The notes under the pieces: generated by a model
What the model was told of the DNA's origin: nothing
Database searches by the model: none
The model's input: the letters and a program-made list of their open reading frames with translations, nothing else
Translations under genes and position numbers: made by a program
Part shown: positions 1-9,899 of the stretch, piece by piece
How the letters are laid out: each line of letters begins with the position of its first letter
How positions within the stretch are numbered: the stretch's first letter is position 1
Assembly (NCBI GenBank): GCA_964497205.1
Contig: CAZCEN010000003.1
Span: forward strand, 1-38,554
Source of the DNA: an uncultured Sporomusaceae bacterium
GTDB taxonomy: Bacteria; Bacillota; Negativicutes; Sporomusales; Sporomusaceae
Reading direction: 5' to 3'
DNA length: 38,554 nt

Positions 1-63
1 CTGGATGAGGCAAAATATTTGGTTGTAGAAGCGGCAAAAACACAGCTATTCGAGGGGCATTAA
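1..63 (+). CDS. 3' end of upstream gene (partial), probably DHH-family phosphoesterase NrnA
   Basis: Open frame LDEAKYLVVEAAKTQLFEGH* ends at TAA 61-63 just before truB; identity inferred only from the usual rbfA-nrnA-truB order. Confidence 0.45.
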   Translation: MDEAKYLVVEAAKTQLFEGH

Positions 64-65
64 TT

Positions 66-947
66 ATGAGTAGTGGCGTAATTAATGTTCTAAAACCTCC
101 AGGGATGACTTCACACGATGTTGTTTCCTTTATTCGTCGCTTATATGGTATAAAACGCGTTGGTCATGCTGGAACATTGGATCCGGGGGCAGCTGGTGTT
201 TTGCCAATATTTTTAGGTAATGCAACAAGACTTATTGAATATTTAGCAGATGCTGATAAAAGCTATCGGGCTGAACTTACTTTCGGTTTTGAGACAGATA
301 CCGGTGATGACACAGGCCAGATTATAAATACTAGTCCTTTTATTAAACCTGATGTAACTAAAATAAAGGAAACATTGGCATCTTTTATTGGTGTAAACGA
401 ACAAATTCCTCCTATGTATTCGGCTGTGAAAATCGGCGGTAAAAAGCTGTATGAATTTGCCCGTGCGGGAGAGACGGTAGAACGAAAGCCACGAAGTATT
501 ACCATTAGTTCTATTGCGCTTGTAACGGAGTATGAACATGGCTTAGTGTTTGATGTTACGTGTTCTAAGGGGACCTATATCCGGACCTTATGCTCAGATA
601 TTGGGCGTAGATTAAATTGCTTAGCAGTTATGAGTTTCTTAGTAAGAACACGGGTCGGGAATTTTCACTTGGAGCAGTCACGAACTCTGGAGGAAATTGC
701 GGCGAATAAGGAGCAAGTGATACAGAAGGCAGATACGGTTCTCACACAGTTTCCGGCTGTAATACTACAGGAAAGAGATGCCAGTGCTATCAAAAACGGC
801 CGTACTGTTATTTATCACGGAACTATTGAAGGTTTAGTAAAGATATACGATATTCGGAATAAATTCATAGGTATAGGCCTGGGGGAATATGGAACCGGCG
901 ATTATCCAACTATAACCCCGGTTAAAATATTAAGTCCGGATCGGTAA
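66..947 (+). CDS. truB: tRNA pseudouridine(55) synthase TruB
   Basis: KPPGMTSHDVV, VGHAGTLDPGA, PPMYSAVK and CSKGTYIRTL motifs. Confidence 0.97.
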   Translation: MSSGVINVLKPPGMTSHDVVSFIRRLYGIKRVGHAGTLDPGAAGVLPIFLGNATRLIEYLADADKSYRAELTFGFETDTGDDTGQIINTSPFIKPDVTKIKETLASFIGVNEQIPPMYSAVKIGGKKLYEFARAGETVERKPRSITISSIALVTEYEHGLVFDVTCSKGTYIRTLCSDIGRRLNCLAVMSFLVRTRVGNFHLEQSRTLEEIAANKEQVIQKADTVLTQFPAVILQERDASAIKNGRTVIYHGTIEGLVKIYDIRNKFIGIGLGEYGTGDYPTITPVKILSPDR

Positions 948-1007
948 CGCTCCGGACCATTTCCTTACCTACAAGAAGAATATCTTAAGGCAGAATTAGG
1001 TATTAAT

Positions 1008-1031
1008 GCTCGGCGCAAGCCGTGTTTTCTT
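1008..1031 (+). repeat. Short GNRA-hairpin intergenic repeat (family B), copy 1
   Basis: GCTCGGCGCAAGCCGTGTTTTCTT is 23/24 identical to 18876-18899 and similar to 38000-38020. Confidence 0.8.
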
Positions 1032-1125
1032 CCCCTAAAGGATTGCTTGCATCTATTGGGAACTGTAGATTACTAGAGAGAGCTTAGCTTTTCTAGAAAG
1101 TGGTAACGAGGAGAATTTCGAAACT

Positions 1126-2055
1126 ATGGAAGTTTTTACACAGATAAAAAACATACGTCATTATCCCCGTATTTACATGGCCTTGGGCACTTTTGACGGT
1201 GTTCATGTCGGACATCAAGCGATAATTTCGAACACTGTAAAAAAAGCGAAAAATGATAATTGTTTAAGCTCTGTATTTACTTTTAGCAATCACCCTCTCA
1301 GTATCATTAATCCAAAACAATGCCCGCCGTTAATTATCACCAATCAGGAGAAAGTTAGTTTAATTGCCGAATTAGGTGTCGATATTTTATACAATATTCC
1401 CTTTACTAATGAACTTTTGCAATTATCGCCCGACCAATTTATTTCACTTATGGTTAGTAACATTAATCTTGGACACATTATCGTTGGTGAAAATTTCACC
1501 TATGGGTATCGTGGAACAGGGACACCTGCGATGCTAACAAGTGTTGGAGTTACACAGGGGTTTGATGTGGATGTTGTAAAAATGGTCGATATTGAAGGAA
1601 GTATTGTAAGCAGCACTTCTATCAGGCAGTTAATTGGTGATGGTGCAGTTAAACAAGCTGCATACTTACTTGGCCGCCTTCCCTCTATCTGCGGAAAAAT
1701 TGTCAAGGGCGATCAACGAGGTACTAAATTAGGGTTTCCTACCGCTAATCTGGCAATTCCCGAGAAGTTATTAATCCCCGCAGACGGTGTCTATGCGGTA
1801 AATGCTATTGATGAAACCGGAGCAAAACTACAAGGCGTGGCTAATATTGGGAATAATCCCACATTCACTCGACAAATTCGCCGTATTGAGGTACATATTT
1901 TGAATTTTGACCGTTTCATTTACGGGCAACAGTTAAAAGTGGAATTTATTGATCGTATACGCGGGGAAATTGCCTTTAATAATATAGAGCAATTGAAACA
2001 ACAAATGAAGTCTGATATTGAGTTTGCTCGAAAACATTATTTTAGTGCTGGATAG
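1126..2055 (+). CDS. ribF: Bifunctional riboflavin kinase/FAD synthetase
   Basis: GTFDGVHVGHQ, VSSTSIR, GFPTANL and NIGNNPTF motifs; follows truB. Confidence 0.96.
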   Translation: MEVFTQIKNIRHYPRIYMALGTFDGVHVGHQAIISNTVKKAKNDNCLSSVFTFSNHPLSIINPKQCPPLIITNQEKVSLIAELGVDILYNIPFTNELLQLSPDQFISLMVSNINLGHIIVGENFTYGYRGTGTPAMLTSVGVTQGFDVDVVKMVDIEGSIVSSTSIRQLIGDGAVKQAAYLLGRLPSICGKIVKGDQRGTKLGFPTANLAIPEKLLIPADGVYAVNAIDETGAKLQGVANIGNNPTFTRQIRRIEVHILNFDRFIYGQQLKVEFIDRIRGEIAFNNIEQLKQQMKSDIEFARKHYFSAG

Positions 2056-2056
2056 G

Positions 2057-2085
2057 TTTACATATGCTAATTTTTGTGTTAATAT
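2057..2085 (+). promoter_or_regulatory. SigA-type promoter for rpsO
   Basis: TTTACA (2057-2062), 17 nt spacer, TG-n-TAATAT (2077-2085). Confidence 0.6.
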
Positions 2086-2109
2086 AGTCTTTAGTGATTA
2101 ATTCACTAG

Positions 2110-2188
2110 ATAACCATAGCGAGGGTAGTCGAGTCTCCGGCGATATCTTTGGCTAATGGGGATAAGTAGAAAAAGGAGGTGAACCATC
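2110..2188 (+). promoter_or_regulatory. Probable ribosomal protein S15 autoregulatory leader
   Basis: GC-richer stretch able to pair (CCATAGC...GCTAATGG) directly before SD AAGGAGGT; Firmicute rpsO genes carry S15-binding leaders. Confidence 0.6.
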
Positions 2189-2455
2189 GTGTTGACACCT
2201 GAGAATAAGCAAAAACTTATTGAAACATATCGCGTGCATGCAAATGATACCGGATCTCCGGAAGTTCAAATTGCAATTTTGACTGAACGTATCAATTATT
2301 TGACTGAACACTTAAGAGAACATAAAAAAGACCATCATTCTCGTCGTGGTCTGTTAAAAATGGTTGGTCAGCGTAGAGGTCTTTTGAACTATCTGCGTGA
2401 AAGCGATATTGAACGTTATCGTTCGATTCTCGAAAAACTTAACTTGCGTAAATAA
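2189..2455 (+). CDS. rpsO: 30S ribosomal protein S15
   Basis: [13 protein letters not shown] and [18 protein letters not shown]; GTG start after strong SD. Confidence 0.99.
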   Translation: MLTPENKQKLIETYRVHANDTGSPEVQIAILTERINYLTEHLREHKKDHHSRRGLLKMVGQRRGLLNYLRESDIERYRSILEKLNLRK

Positions 2456-2456
2456 T

Positions 2457-2482
2457 AAAAAGCGGATTTATCCGCTTTTTTT
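2457..2482 (+). terminator. Intrinsic terminator after rpsO
   Basis: AAAAAGCGGA-TTTA-TCCGCTTTTTTT. Confidence 0.85.
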
Positions 2483-2591
2483 ATTTATTTTCCAGGTTAA
2501 AGAAAAATAAAAAAGGGAATAATAAGAAAAATGTCGAACAATTAATCTTTGTTAAAAGAAAAGAGGGTTTATCAGAGGAGGAAAATAAAAT

Positions 2592-4697
2592 ATGGACAAA
2601 TTCCAAATGGAATTAGGTGGTCGAACCCTGGTCATTGAATCGGGTAAATTGGCCAAACAAGCTAGTGGCGCTGTACTGGTACGGTATGGTGATACGGCTG
2701 TATTGGTAACTGCAACCCAGTCAGCTGAACCTAGAATGGGTATTGACTTTTTTCCGTTAACCGTTGACTATGAAGAACGGTTGTATTCCGTAGGTAAAAT
2801 TCCCGGTGGATTTATCAAGCGGGAAGGCCGCCCGAGTGAAGCTGCTATTTTAGCAGGACGTCTAATTGACAGACCAATCAGGCCGTTGTTTGCAGAAGGA
2901 TTGCGTAATGATGTTCATGTAGTGGCTACTGTAATGTCGGTCGATCAAAATAATCCACCTGACATCCCTGCAATGATAGGTGCATCCTGTGCATTAGGCG
3001 TTTCCGACATTGTATTTGACGGACCAATTGGCGGTGTCCGTGTAGGACTAATAAACAACCAATTTATTTTGAATCCTACAGTAGAACAACAGGAGAAAAG
3101 TGATCTTAATTTAGCAGTTGCCGGCACTAAGGATGCCATTTTAATGGTAGAAGCAGGTGCTAGCGAATTATCGGAAGAAACAATGCTTGAAGCTATTTTA
3201 TTTGGTCATGCTGCTATCAAAGAAATAGTTGCTTTCCAAGAAGATATTATTGCAAAAATTGGCAAACCCAAGAAGGAAAAACCGTTGTATGAAGTCCCGA
3301 CAGAAATTGACTCTGCTATTAGGGAATTTGTAGCTGATAAGCTAAAGGTGGCTGTATCTAATTCTGACAAACTGCAACGCGAGGAAAATATTAAACAGGT
3401 TAAAGATGAGGCTATAAAGCACTTCTTAGAAATTTATCCTGATAATGCCAAAGAAATTAACTACATGCTCCAGAAGATTCTAAAAGAAATTGTACGGAGA
3501 ATGATAACTGTAGATAAGATTCGTCCGGACGGCCGTCAAATTGAAGAAGTACGGCCTATTACTTGCGAAGTAGGCCTATTGGCCCGCACTCATGGCTCGG
3601 GCTTATTTACGCGCGGACAAACGCAAGTACTTACAGTAACTACTTTGGGCGCCATTGGGGATGAGCAAATTTTAGATGGTCTTGGAGTAGAGGAATCTAA
3701 GCGTTATATGCACCACTACAACTTCCCATCCTTTAGTGTGGGCGAAACACGGCCTTCACGCGGCCCTGGCCGCCGTGAAATTGGTCATGGTGCGTTAGCT
3801 GAAAGAGCTCTGTTGGCAGTTATTCCTTCAGAAGCTGATTTTCCATATACAATCCGTTTAGTATCAGAAGTTTTGGAGTCTAACGGCTCGACGTCTATGG
3901 GCAGCGTTTGTGGCAGCACATTATCGCTAATGGATGCCGGTGTTCCGATTAAAGCTCCCGTATCCGGTGTAGCAATGGGTTTAGTTAAAGATGGCGATAA
4001 TTATACCATCTTAACAGATATTCAGGGCATGGAAGATGCGCTTGGCGATATGGACTTTAAAGTAGCTGGAACAGCCAAGGGCGTTACTGCGATGCAAATG
4101 GATATGAAAATCTCCGGTATTACTAAGGAAATATTCGAAGCCGCCTTGGCTCAGGCCAAGCGCGGGCGGATGCATATAATGGGCAAAATGCTTGAAGCGA
4201 TTAAAGAACCTCGCAAAGAACTTTCACCGTTTGCTCCGCGTATCATTACTATGGAGATTGATCCGGATAAAATTCGCGATGTTATTGGACCAGGCGGAAA
4301 GACAATCAAAAAGATTATCGAAGAGACAGGCGTAACCATTGATATTGAAGATGACGGTAAGGTATTTATTGCGGCTGTCGATGTTGAAGCCGGTCAAAAA
4401 GCAGTGCACATCATTGAAACTTTAGTACGGGATGTAGAAGTCGGTGGAATCTATACGGGGAAAGTTACCCGCCTCATGAATTTTGGTGCGTTTGTTGAGA
4501 TTCTCCCAGGAAAAGAAGGGCTTGTTCATATTTCTCAACTTGCGCGTGAGCGTGTCGCTAAAGTGGAAGATGTTGTAAAACAAGGTGACGAGATTATGGT
4601 TAAAGTAACTGAAATTGATCGTCAGGGACGTATCAATTTATCCCGTAAAGAACTGTTAAAACCTGAACCGAAAGAGAGCCGGACTGAAGGCGAATAA
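2592..4697 (+). CDS. pnp: Polyribonucleotide nucleotidyltransferase (PNPase)
   Basis: [35 protein letters not shown] (IGPGGKTIK) and S1 domains. Confidence 0.99.
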   Translation: MDKFQMELGGRTLVIESGKLAKQASGAVLVRYGDTAVLVTATQSAEPRMGIDFFPLTVDYEERLYSVGKIPGGFIKREGRPSEAAILAGRLIDRPIRPLFAEGLRNDVHVVATVMSVDQNNPPDIPAMIGASCALGVSDIVFDGPIGGVRVGLINNQFILNPTVEQQEKSDLNLAVAGTKDAILMVEAGASELSEETMLEAILFGHAAIKEIVAFQEDIIAKIGKPKKEKPLYEVPTEIDSAIREFVADKLKVAVSNSDKLQREENIKQVKDEAIKHFLEIYPDNAKEINYMLQKILKEIVRRMITVDKIRPDGRQIEEVRPITCEVGLLARTHGSGLFTRGQTQVLTVTTLGAIGDEQILDGLGVEESKRYMHHYNFPSFSVGETRPSRGPGRREIGHGALAERALLAVIPSEADFPYTIRLVSEVLESNGSTSMGSVCGSTLSLMDAGVPIKAPVSGVAMGLVKDGDNYTILTDIQGMEDALGDMDFKVAGTAKGVTAMQMDMKISGITKEIFEAALAQAKRGRMHIMGKMLEAIKEPRKELSPFAPRIITMEIDPDKIRDVIGPGGKTIKKIIEETGVTIDIEDDGKVFIAAVDVEAGQKAVHIIETLVRDVEVGGIYTGKVTRLMNFGAFVEILPGKEGLVHISQLARERVAKVEDVVKQGDEIMVKVTEIDRQGRINLSRKELLKPEPKESRTEGE

Positions 4698-4706
4698 GTA
4701 TACTGA

Positions 4707-4743
4707 AAAAGACTTGACGATATGTCAAGTCTTTTATTTTTTT
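4707..4743 (+). terminator. Intrinsic terminator after pnp
   Basis: AAAAGACTTGAC-GATAT-GTCAAGTCTTTT followed by T tract. Confidence 0.85.
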
Positions 4744-4810
4744 GCTCATAAATGATTATTAGCATTAATAGACTGTAATACATGTGAATTGCTGGCAGGA
4801 GTTGATGAGT

Positions 4811-5533
4811 ATGCAGTGTAAGATGGTATTTGTAGGAAAAATCCGCCATTGGTATGTTTATTTTGCTGTAGGGGTTTTTATGACGGTAGCTATGTTGTCA
4901 GGTAATCTTCAACCGTTTTTGACTACAACACAGCTATCTGAGGCGCCAACGCCAATATTTCAGGGAAATCAGTCTCAACCAAAAGTAGCTTTTGCGTGTA
5001 ACGTATTTTGGGGAGAAGAATACCTTCCTGATATGCTTAAAACATTGGATGAAAACAATGTTCATATAACTTTCTTTATCGGCGGAAGCTGGGCAAATAA
5101 ATATCCTGAAGTACTAAAGGATTTAGCCAATAGAGGGCATGAGTTGGGAAATCATACATATAGCCATCCTCACCCTAACAACTTAAGCAAAGAAAAAAAT
5201 AAAGAACAAATCGTTAAAACAGAAGAACTGGTGGCTAATATTACCGGAATCAAAACAAACTTATATGCGCCTCCGTATGGCGAATATAACAATACCGTGC
5301 TATTGGCTGCAAAGGAATTAGAATATACTACTACAATGTGGAGTATTGATACCATTGATTGGAAAAGACCACCGCCGGAAATTCTTAAAGAACGCGTACT
5401 GAAAAAACTACATAACGGTGCCATCATTTTAATGCATCCAACTGCTCCAACTGCACAGGCTCTTCCCAGCCTCATTAGCGAAATAAAAGCTCGTGGATAT
5501 ACAATTACGACAGTATCTGATGTATTAAAATAG
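4811..5533 (+). CDS. Polysaccharide deacetylase, sporulation YlxY/PdaB-like (CE4)
   Basis: N-terminal TM segment, HELGNHTYSHPH, APPYGEY, WSIDTIDW, IILMH; same position as B. subtilis ylxY after pnp; start moved to ATG 4811 on SD AGGAG. Confidence 0.88.
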   Translation: MQCKMVFVGKIRHWYVYFAVGVFMTVAMLSGNLQPFLTTTQLSEAPTPIFQGNQSQPKVAFACNVFWGEEYLPDMLKTLDENNVHITFFIGGSWANKYPEVLKDLANRGHELGNHTYSHPHPNNLSKEKNKEQIVKTEELVANITGIKTNLYAPPYGEYNNTVLLAAKELEYTTTMWSIDTIDWKRPPPEILKERVLKKLHNGAIILMHPTAPTAQALPSLISEIKARGYTITTVSDVLK

Positions 5534-5542
5534 CATAAATAG

Positions 5543-5565
5543 GCAGGCGAAAGCCTGCTTTTTTT
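5543..5565 (+). terminator. Intrinsic terminator
   Basis: GCAGGC-GAAA-GCCTGC followed by T7. Confidence 0.85.
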
Positions 5566-5657
5566 ATTGATAAAACACTGTGATTGTGATAGTATTAGTT
5601 TACATAAGTATATAACATGTCGTTATTATGCTTATCTGGTTAAAGGAGGTTGATACA

Positions 5658-6887
5658 ATGCACAAGCATAAGAATCTCATATCATGCATAATCATGATGG
5701 CTTTCCTGATAAGCATTATACTGCCGGTGGCTCCGGCATATGCTTTCTCAATATCGGATTTAGTTGGACAAACTACGGGAACTACTGACGCCGGTGGCAC
5801 AAAAAGTCTGAGTACAGATAAGGGATTTCTAGATATTCTGCTGGGGCTATTATTGGGGAAATTGCTGGGTAAATCAGATAGTGTTCCCATAGGCGGATCG
5901 ACTAAAGGAAATTCTGGCAGTGGATTAACTTCATCCAAAGAGTTAGTCGGTTTTTATGCCGAATGGTGGGGGGAAGATACTTCCTCTTATAACTCCATGG
6001 TTAAAAATGCCGATGCAATTAAAACAATTGCGCCGTTTTGGGCTACTATGCAGGCTGATGGTAGTGTTACTGATAGAGGGGGCAATGACCATGCTTCTGT
6101 GGTCAAAACAGCTCATCAAAATAACATGACCGTACTGCTTTTAGTTAATAATGCTAAGCAAGATTCCGGAACAACGCCAGTGCATACGGTATTGGCGGAT
6201 CCGGTTTTGAGAACCAGGGCTATCGACAATTTTGAACAGTATATCAAAAAATATAACCTTGATGGGGTCAACGTTGACTTTGAGATGGTGCCAGCGGAAG
6301 ATAAGGATAATTTGACGGCCTTTATGCGTGAGCTTTATGCCCGTCTTAAACCGCAAGGGTATATAGTTTCTGTTGATGTTTTCCCTAAACAGGACGAAAC
6401 CAATGATGTAGCTGCTGCTTATGATTATGCTGAACTGGCGAAATATGCCGATAAAATTATGATTATGACCTACGACAATCACGGAACATGGAGCGGGGCA
6501 GGCCCGATTGCCGATATTAATTGGGTAGAACGAAATGTAAAGTATGCGCTAAAAGCTATTCCTAAAAACAAGCTTTATTTAGGTATTGCCGCATATGGCT
6601 ATGATTGGTCAGCCAAGGGGGTTCAGTCCTTAGAATATAAAGCGATTATGGATTTAGCGCAGCGTTACGGCAAAACAGTTCAGTGGGATGATGCTTCCCA
6701 ATCACCATATTTTAGTTATGCTGAGACCGATGGTACAGCTCATACCATTTGGTTTGAAAATAGCCAAAGCTTAAACCACAAGCTTGCACTTATTAATCAG
6801 TATGATATTGCTGGTGCAGCTATGTGGAAGCTTGGTGAAGAAGATCCATCAGCTTGGAATGTTTTAAGGAAGCAATTTAATAAGTAA
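5658..6887 (+). CDS. Secreted glycoside hydrolase family 18 (YaaH/SleL/YdhD-like, no LysM domains)
   Basis: LDGVNVDFE catalytic motif, IMIMTYD, LGIAAYGYDW, AMWKLG; signal peptide ending AYA; ATG 5658 after SD AAGGAGGT. Confidence 0.88.
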   Translation: MHKHKNLISCIIMMAFLISIILPVAPAYAFSISDLVGQTTGTTDAGGTKSLSTDKGFLDILLGLLLGKLLGKSDSVPIGGSTKGNSGSGLTSSKELVGFYAEWWGEDTSSYNSMVKNADAIKTIAPFWATMQADGSVTDRGGNDHASVVKTAHQNNMTVLLLVNNAKQDSGTTPVHTVLADPVLRTRAIDNFEQYIKKYNLDGVNVDFEMVPAEDKDNLTAFMRELYARLKPQGYIVSVDVFPKQDETNDVAAAYDYAELAKYADKIMIMTYDNHGTWSGAGPIADINWVERNVKYALKAIPKNKLYLGIAAYGYDWSAKGVQSLEYKAIMDLAQRYGKTVQWDDASQSPYFSYAETDGTAHTIWFENSQSLNHKLALINQYDIAGAAMWKLGEEDPSAWNVLRKQFNK

Positions 6888-6918
6888 TCCGCTACTAAAT
6901 GTAAATAGGAGGTTCATT

Positions 6919-7794
6919 GTGTATAGCAATAAGATATTGGTACTAGCTATGCTGTTTGTTTTAGTATTTAATATAATAGCACCTGTACAAGTAAGTTATG
7001 CCGCATCTTTAGATAATGTTATAGGAACATTGGGAGCTTCAACCGTTCAAGGATCCGATGGCGGATCAAATGTTTTTGAAAAGATTTTTGGTTTACTGTT
7101 TGATAAGATTCTTGGGCCGATACTAAATATTTTCGGTGGTGGAAAGGCGACCACAACTACACCAAACAATCCGGTAAAAGTAACCCCGCTTCCGCCTAAC
7201 GACGGAACAACTTCTACTGGCGACAGTGGTGTCTTACGAGGAAAAACGATAGTTGTTGATCCTGGACATGGCGGCAGTAATCCTGGTGCGGTAGGTAATG
7301 GTACTAGAGAAGCTGATAATAATTTAGCCGTTAGTCTTAAATTAAGAGACAAACTGACAAGAGCCGGTGCAAAAGTAGTTATGACTAGAGAAACAGACCG
7401 AACAGTTGCACCTGAGGGTAGCTCACTAGGACAGGAATTAGCTAAAAGGGTAGATATTGCCGAAACTAACAATGCAGACATGTTTGTTAGTGTCCACTCA
7501 AATTCGAATCCCGATCCCTCCATTTACGGTACCATGACATTTTTCCCTAGCGGTAAGTCGTCTAAGCTGGCGCTAGAGGTTCAAGACAATATTATTAGAG
7601 AAACCGGTGCAGTTGATAAAGGTACTTCTCCTGCTACTTTCTATGTACTTCGTAATACCACAATGCCAAGTATATTAGTAGAAATGGGTTTTGTTACTAA
7701 TCCTAACGAAGCTATTAAGTTACAGGACGATAGTTACCGGAATAAAATTGCGCAAGGAATCTTTAATGGGATAGTCAAGTATTTTAACAGTTAG
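6919..7794 (+). CDS. Secreted N-acetylmuramoyl-L-alanine amidase (Amidase_3)
   Basis: IVVDPGHGG, READNNL, FVSVHSN and SILVEMGF zinc-amidase motifs; signal peptide ending SYA. Confidence 0.92.
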   Translation: MYSNKILVLAMLFVLVFNIIAPVQVSYAASLDNVIGTLGASTVQGSDGGSNVFEKIFGLLFDKILGPILNIFGGGKATTTTPNNPVKVTPLPPNDGTTSTGDSGVLRGKTIVVDPGHGGSNPGAVGNGTREADNNLAVSLKLRDKLTRAGAKVVMTRETDRTVAPEGSSLGQELAKRVDIAETNNADMFVSVHSNSNPDPSIYGTMTFFPSGKSSKLALEVQDNIIRETGAVDKGTSPATFYVLRNTTMPSILVEMGFVTNPNEAIKLQDDSYRNKIAQGIFNGIVKYFNS

Positions 7795-7795
7795 T

Positions 7796-7923
7796 TTTAT
7801 CCGAGGACTAACCCGCTCTAAGACTCTTTTTTCCCCAAGTGGGAGTTGAGAGCGGTTAAGTCTGGATAAGGCGACTAACCTTCAGATGGGGTTAACCCCC
7901 ATCTGAAGATAAGTTTACTTTAT
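7796..7923 (+). mobile_element. TTTAT-flanked double-hairpin non-coding element (family A), full copy 1
   Basis: Direct TTTAT at 7796-7800 and 7919-7923; hairpin 1 TTATCC...GGATAA; hairpin 2 CTTCAGATGGGG/CCCCATCTGAAG (12-bp perfect stem); homologous to 37867-37999. Confidence 0.75.
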
Positions 7924-7934
7924 AATTATTTTGG

Positions 7935-7971
7935 AACAGAGATAAGCGTAACCGAATATCTCTGTTTTTTT
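7935..7971 (+). terminator. Intrinsic terminator for the GH18-amidase unit
   Basis: AACAGAGATA...TATCTCTGTT followed by T tract. Confidence 0.75.
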
Positions 7972-8103
7972 CTTTAGTAAATTTAGGTATAATAAAGAAT
8001 ATATTTAACTTGGCAAGTGCTATATTAAATAGAAGACAGATAGTTTTTAAGCATTTATAGCGAAATTGTAGAGCCTGATGTTGGCTTTGAAAAAGGAGAA
8101 TTT

Positions 8104-9357
8104 ATGTATCAAAAGTCAGTACTACCTAATGGAATACGCGTTGTATCTGAAACCATTCCGTATGTTAAATCGGTTACCATGGGAGCTTGGATTGCGACGG
8201 GTTCAAGATTTGAAGAGGATCAAAATCATGGTGTGTCACACTTTATCGAACATCTAATGTTTAAAGGAACAGCCCGTCGTTCCGCTAAAGAAATTGCCGA
8301 AACCGTAGACGCTGTGGGTGGCCAGCTTAATGCATTCACCGCTAAGGAATGCACTTGCTACTACTTAAAAGTTTTGGATTCTCATGCTGATTTGGCTATG
8401 GATGTTTTAAGTGACATGCTGTTAGCGTCCAAATTTGCTGAAGACGATATTGATAAGGAGCGCCAAGTCGTACTTGAAGAAGTTCACATGTATGAGGATT
8501 CACCGGATGAATTAGTTCACGACATTCATTTAGACACTATTTGGCCTGACCATGTGCTGGGAAGAAATATTTTGGGTACCATTAGTTCAATTGAAAGGTT
8601 CAATCAGGATATAGTAAGGGCATATTACCGGGATTTTTATACACCGGATAATGTAGTAATAGCAGCAGCCGGAAATATAACTCATGATGAATTGGTAAAG
8701 TTGACATCCCGTTATTTTAGCGATTGGAAAGGGCAACGGAGAAAGTTCGAGATAACCGCGCCAACATTTGTGCCTACTAATACAATTATTAATAAAGACA
8801 CAGAACAAGTTCACGTATGTTTAGGGACTTTAAGCGTACCCCAGGATAATCCGGAAATTTATCCGGTGCATATTCTTAATAATATTTTAGGCGGGGGAAT
8901 AAGTTCCCGACTGTTCCAAACTATTCGCGAAGAACGAGGTTTGGCATATTCTATTTATTCTTATCAAAGCAATTATAGGGATGCGGGACTTCTTACTATA
9001 TACGCTGGTACGCGGCCCAGTAACCTAAATCAGGTATTAGACTTGATTGTGGCAAATTTGAAAGAACTGAAGAATCAAGGGGTAACAGAACAGGAGTTAA
9101 TTAAGTCCAAAGAGCAGATAAAGGGAGGATTGCTTTTAGGCTTAGAAAGCTCAAGCAGTAGAATGTCACGTATTGGCAAGATGGAAGTTACTCTAGGAAA
9201 GTTTATATCTTTGGAAGAGGTTGTAACTAAAATTGATAAGGTAACCTTATCAGATGTCAATCAAATGATATCTAAGATGTTTTCCAGTGGAAATTTATGT
9301 TTTACAGCCTTAGGGCCGGTTGATAATTTGAGCATCACTGAAAATTTACATATATGA
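8104..9357 (+). CDS. M16 family zinc peptidase (YmxG/MlpA-like)
   Basis: Inverted zinc motif HFIEH, NAFT, SSRLFQTIREERGLAYS. Confidence 0.93.
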   Translation: MYQKSVLPNGIRVVSETIPYVKSVTMGAWIATGSRFEEDQNHGVSHFIEHLMFKGTARRSAKEIAETVDAVGGQLNAFTAKECTCYYLKVLDSHADLAMDVLSDMLLASKFAEDDIDKERQVVLEEVHMYEDSPDELVHDIHLDTIWPDHVLGRNILGTISSIERFNQDIVRAYYRDFYTPDNVVIAAAGNITHDELVKLTSRYFSDWKGQRRKFEITAPTFVPTNTIINKDTEQVHVCLGTLSVPQDNPEIYPVHILNNILGGGISSRLFQTIREERGLAYSIYSYQSNYRDAGLLTIYAGTRPSNLNQVLDLIVANLKELKNQGVTEQELIKSKEQIKGGLLLGLESSSSRMSRIGKMEVTLGKFISLEEVVTKIDKVTLSDVNQMISKMFSSGNLCFTALGPVDNLSITENLHI

Positions 9358-9370
9358 GAGGAAAATATAG

Positions 9371-9814
9371 ATGATAAGAGGGTTTGAAGTAGTAACTCAA
9401 TATAAAGACTGCAATATAAGTTTACCTGTGCGTAAAACGACTCGGAGTGCCGGCTATGACATTACTGCCGCTCAGGATGTTACATTAACTCCCGGTGAAG
9501 TTACTTTGATTCCGACTGGAATAAAAGCTTATATGCAAGATGACGAATATTTAGGTATTCATATTCGGTCAGGATTAGCCGTAAAGCAGAGTTTAAGCCT
9601 AATTAATGGGCAAGGAATTATTGATGCTGATTACTATAATAATTCAGAGAATGAAGGTCATATTTTTATTGGCGTATTTAATCATGGTGCTGAGCCTGTA
9701 TCTATAACAAAAGGGACTAGAATAGCACAAGGTATTTTTTATAAATATTTAAAAATCGATAATGATTATGTCACAGAAATTCGTTCGGGTGGGCTAGGAA
9801 GTACCGGGCTATAA
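9371..9814 (+). CDS. dut: Trimeric dUTPase
   Basis: SAGYD, RSG, GIIDADYY, RIAQG and RSGGLGSTG motifs. Confidence 0.93.
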   Translation: MIRGFEVVTQYKDCNISLPVRKTTRSAGYDITAAQDVTLTPGEVTLIPTGIKAYMQDDEYLGIHIRSGLAVKQSLSLINGQGIIDADYYNNSENEGHIFIGVFNHGAEPVSITKGTRIAQGIFYKYLKIDNDYVTEIRSGGLGSTGL

Positions 9815-9899
9815 ATTATAAATAGGTTATTTCGAAGTTTTTTCATAACTTATTCCAGAACGCCATATACATTGGTAGAAGCAGTTAGGGGGTGCTACT

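Noticed and set aside
2532-2538. Spo0A-box-like TGTCGAA upstream of pnp (also TGCCGAA at 15798 and TGGCGAA at 12516)
   Set aside because: Single short degenerate heptamers are expected by chance; the pnp one coincides with the SigH-like -10
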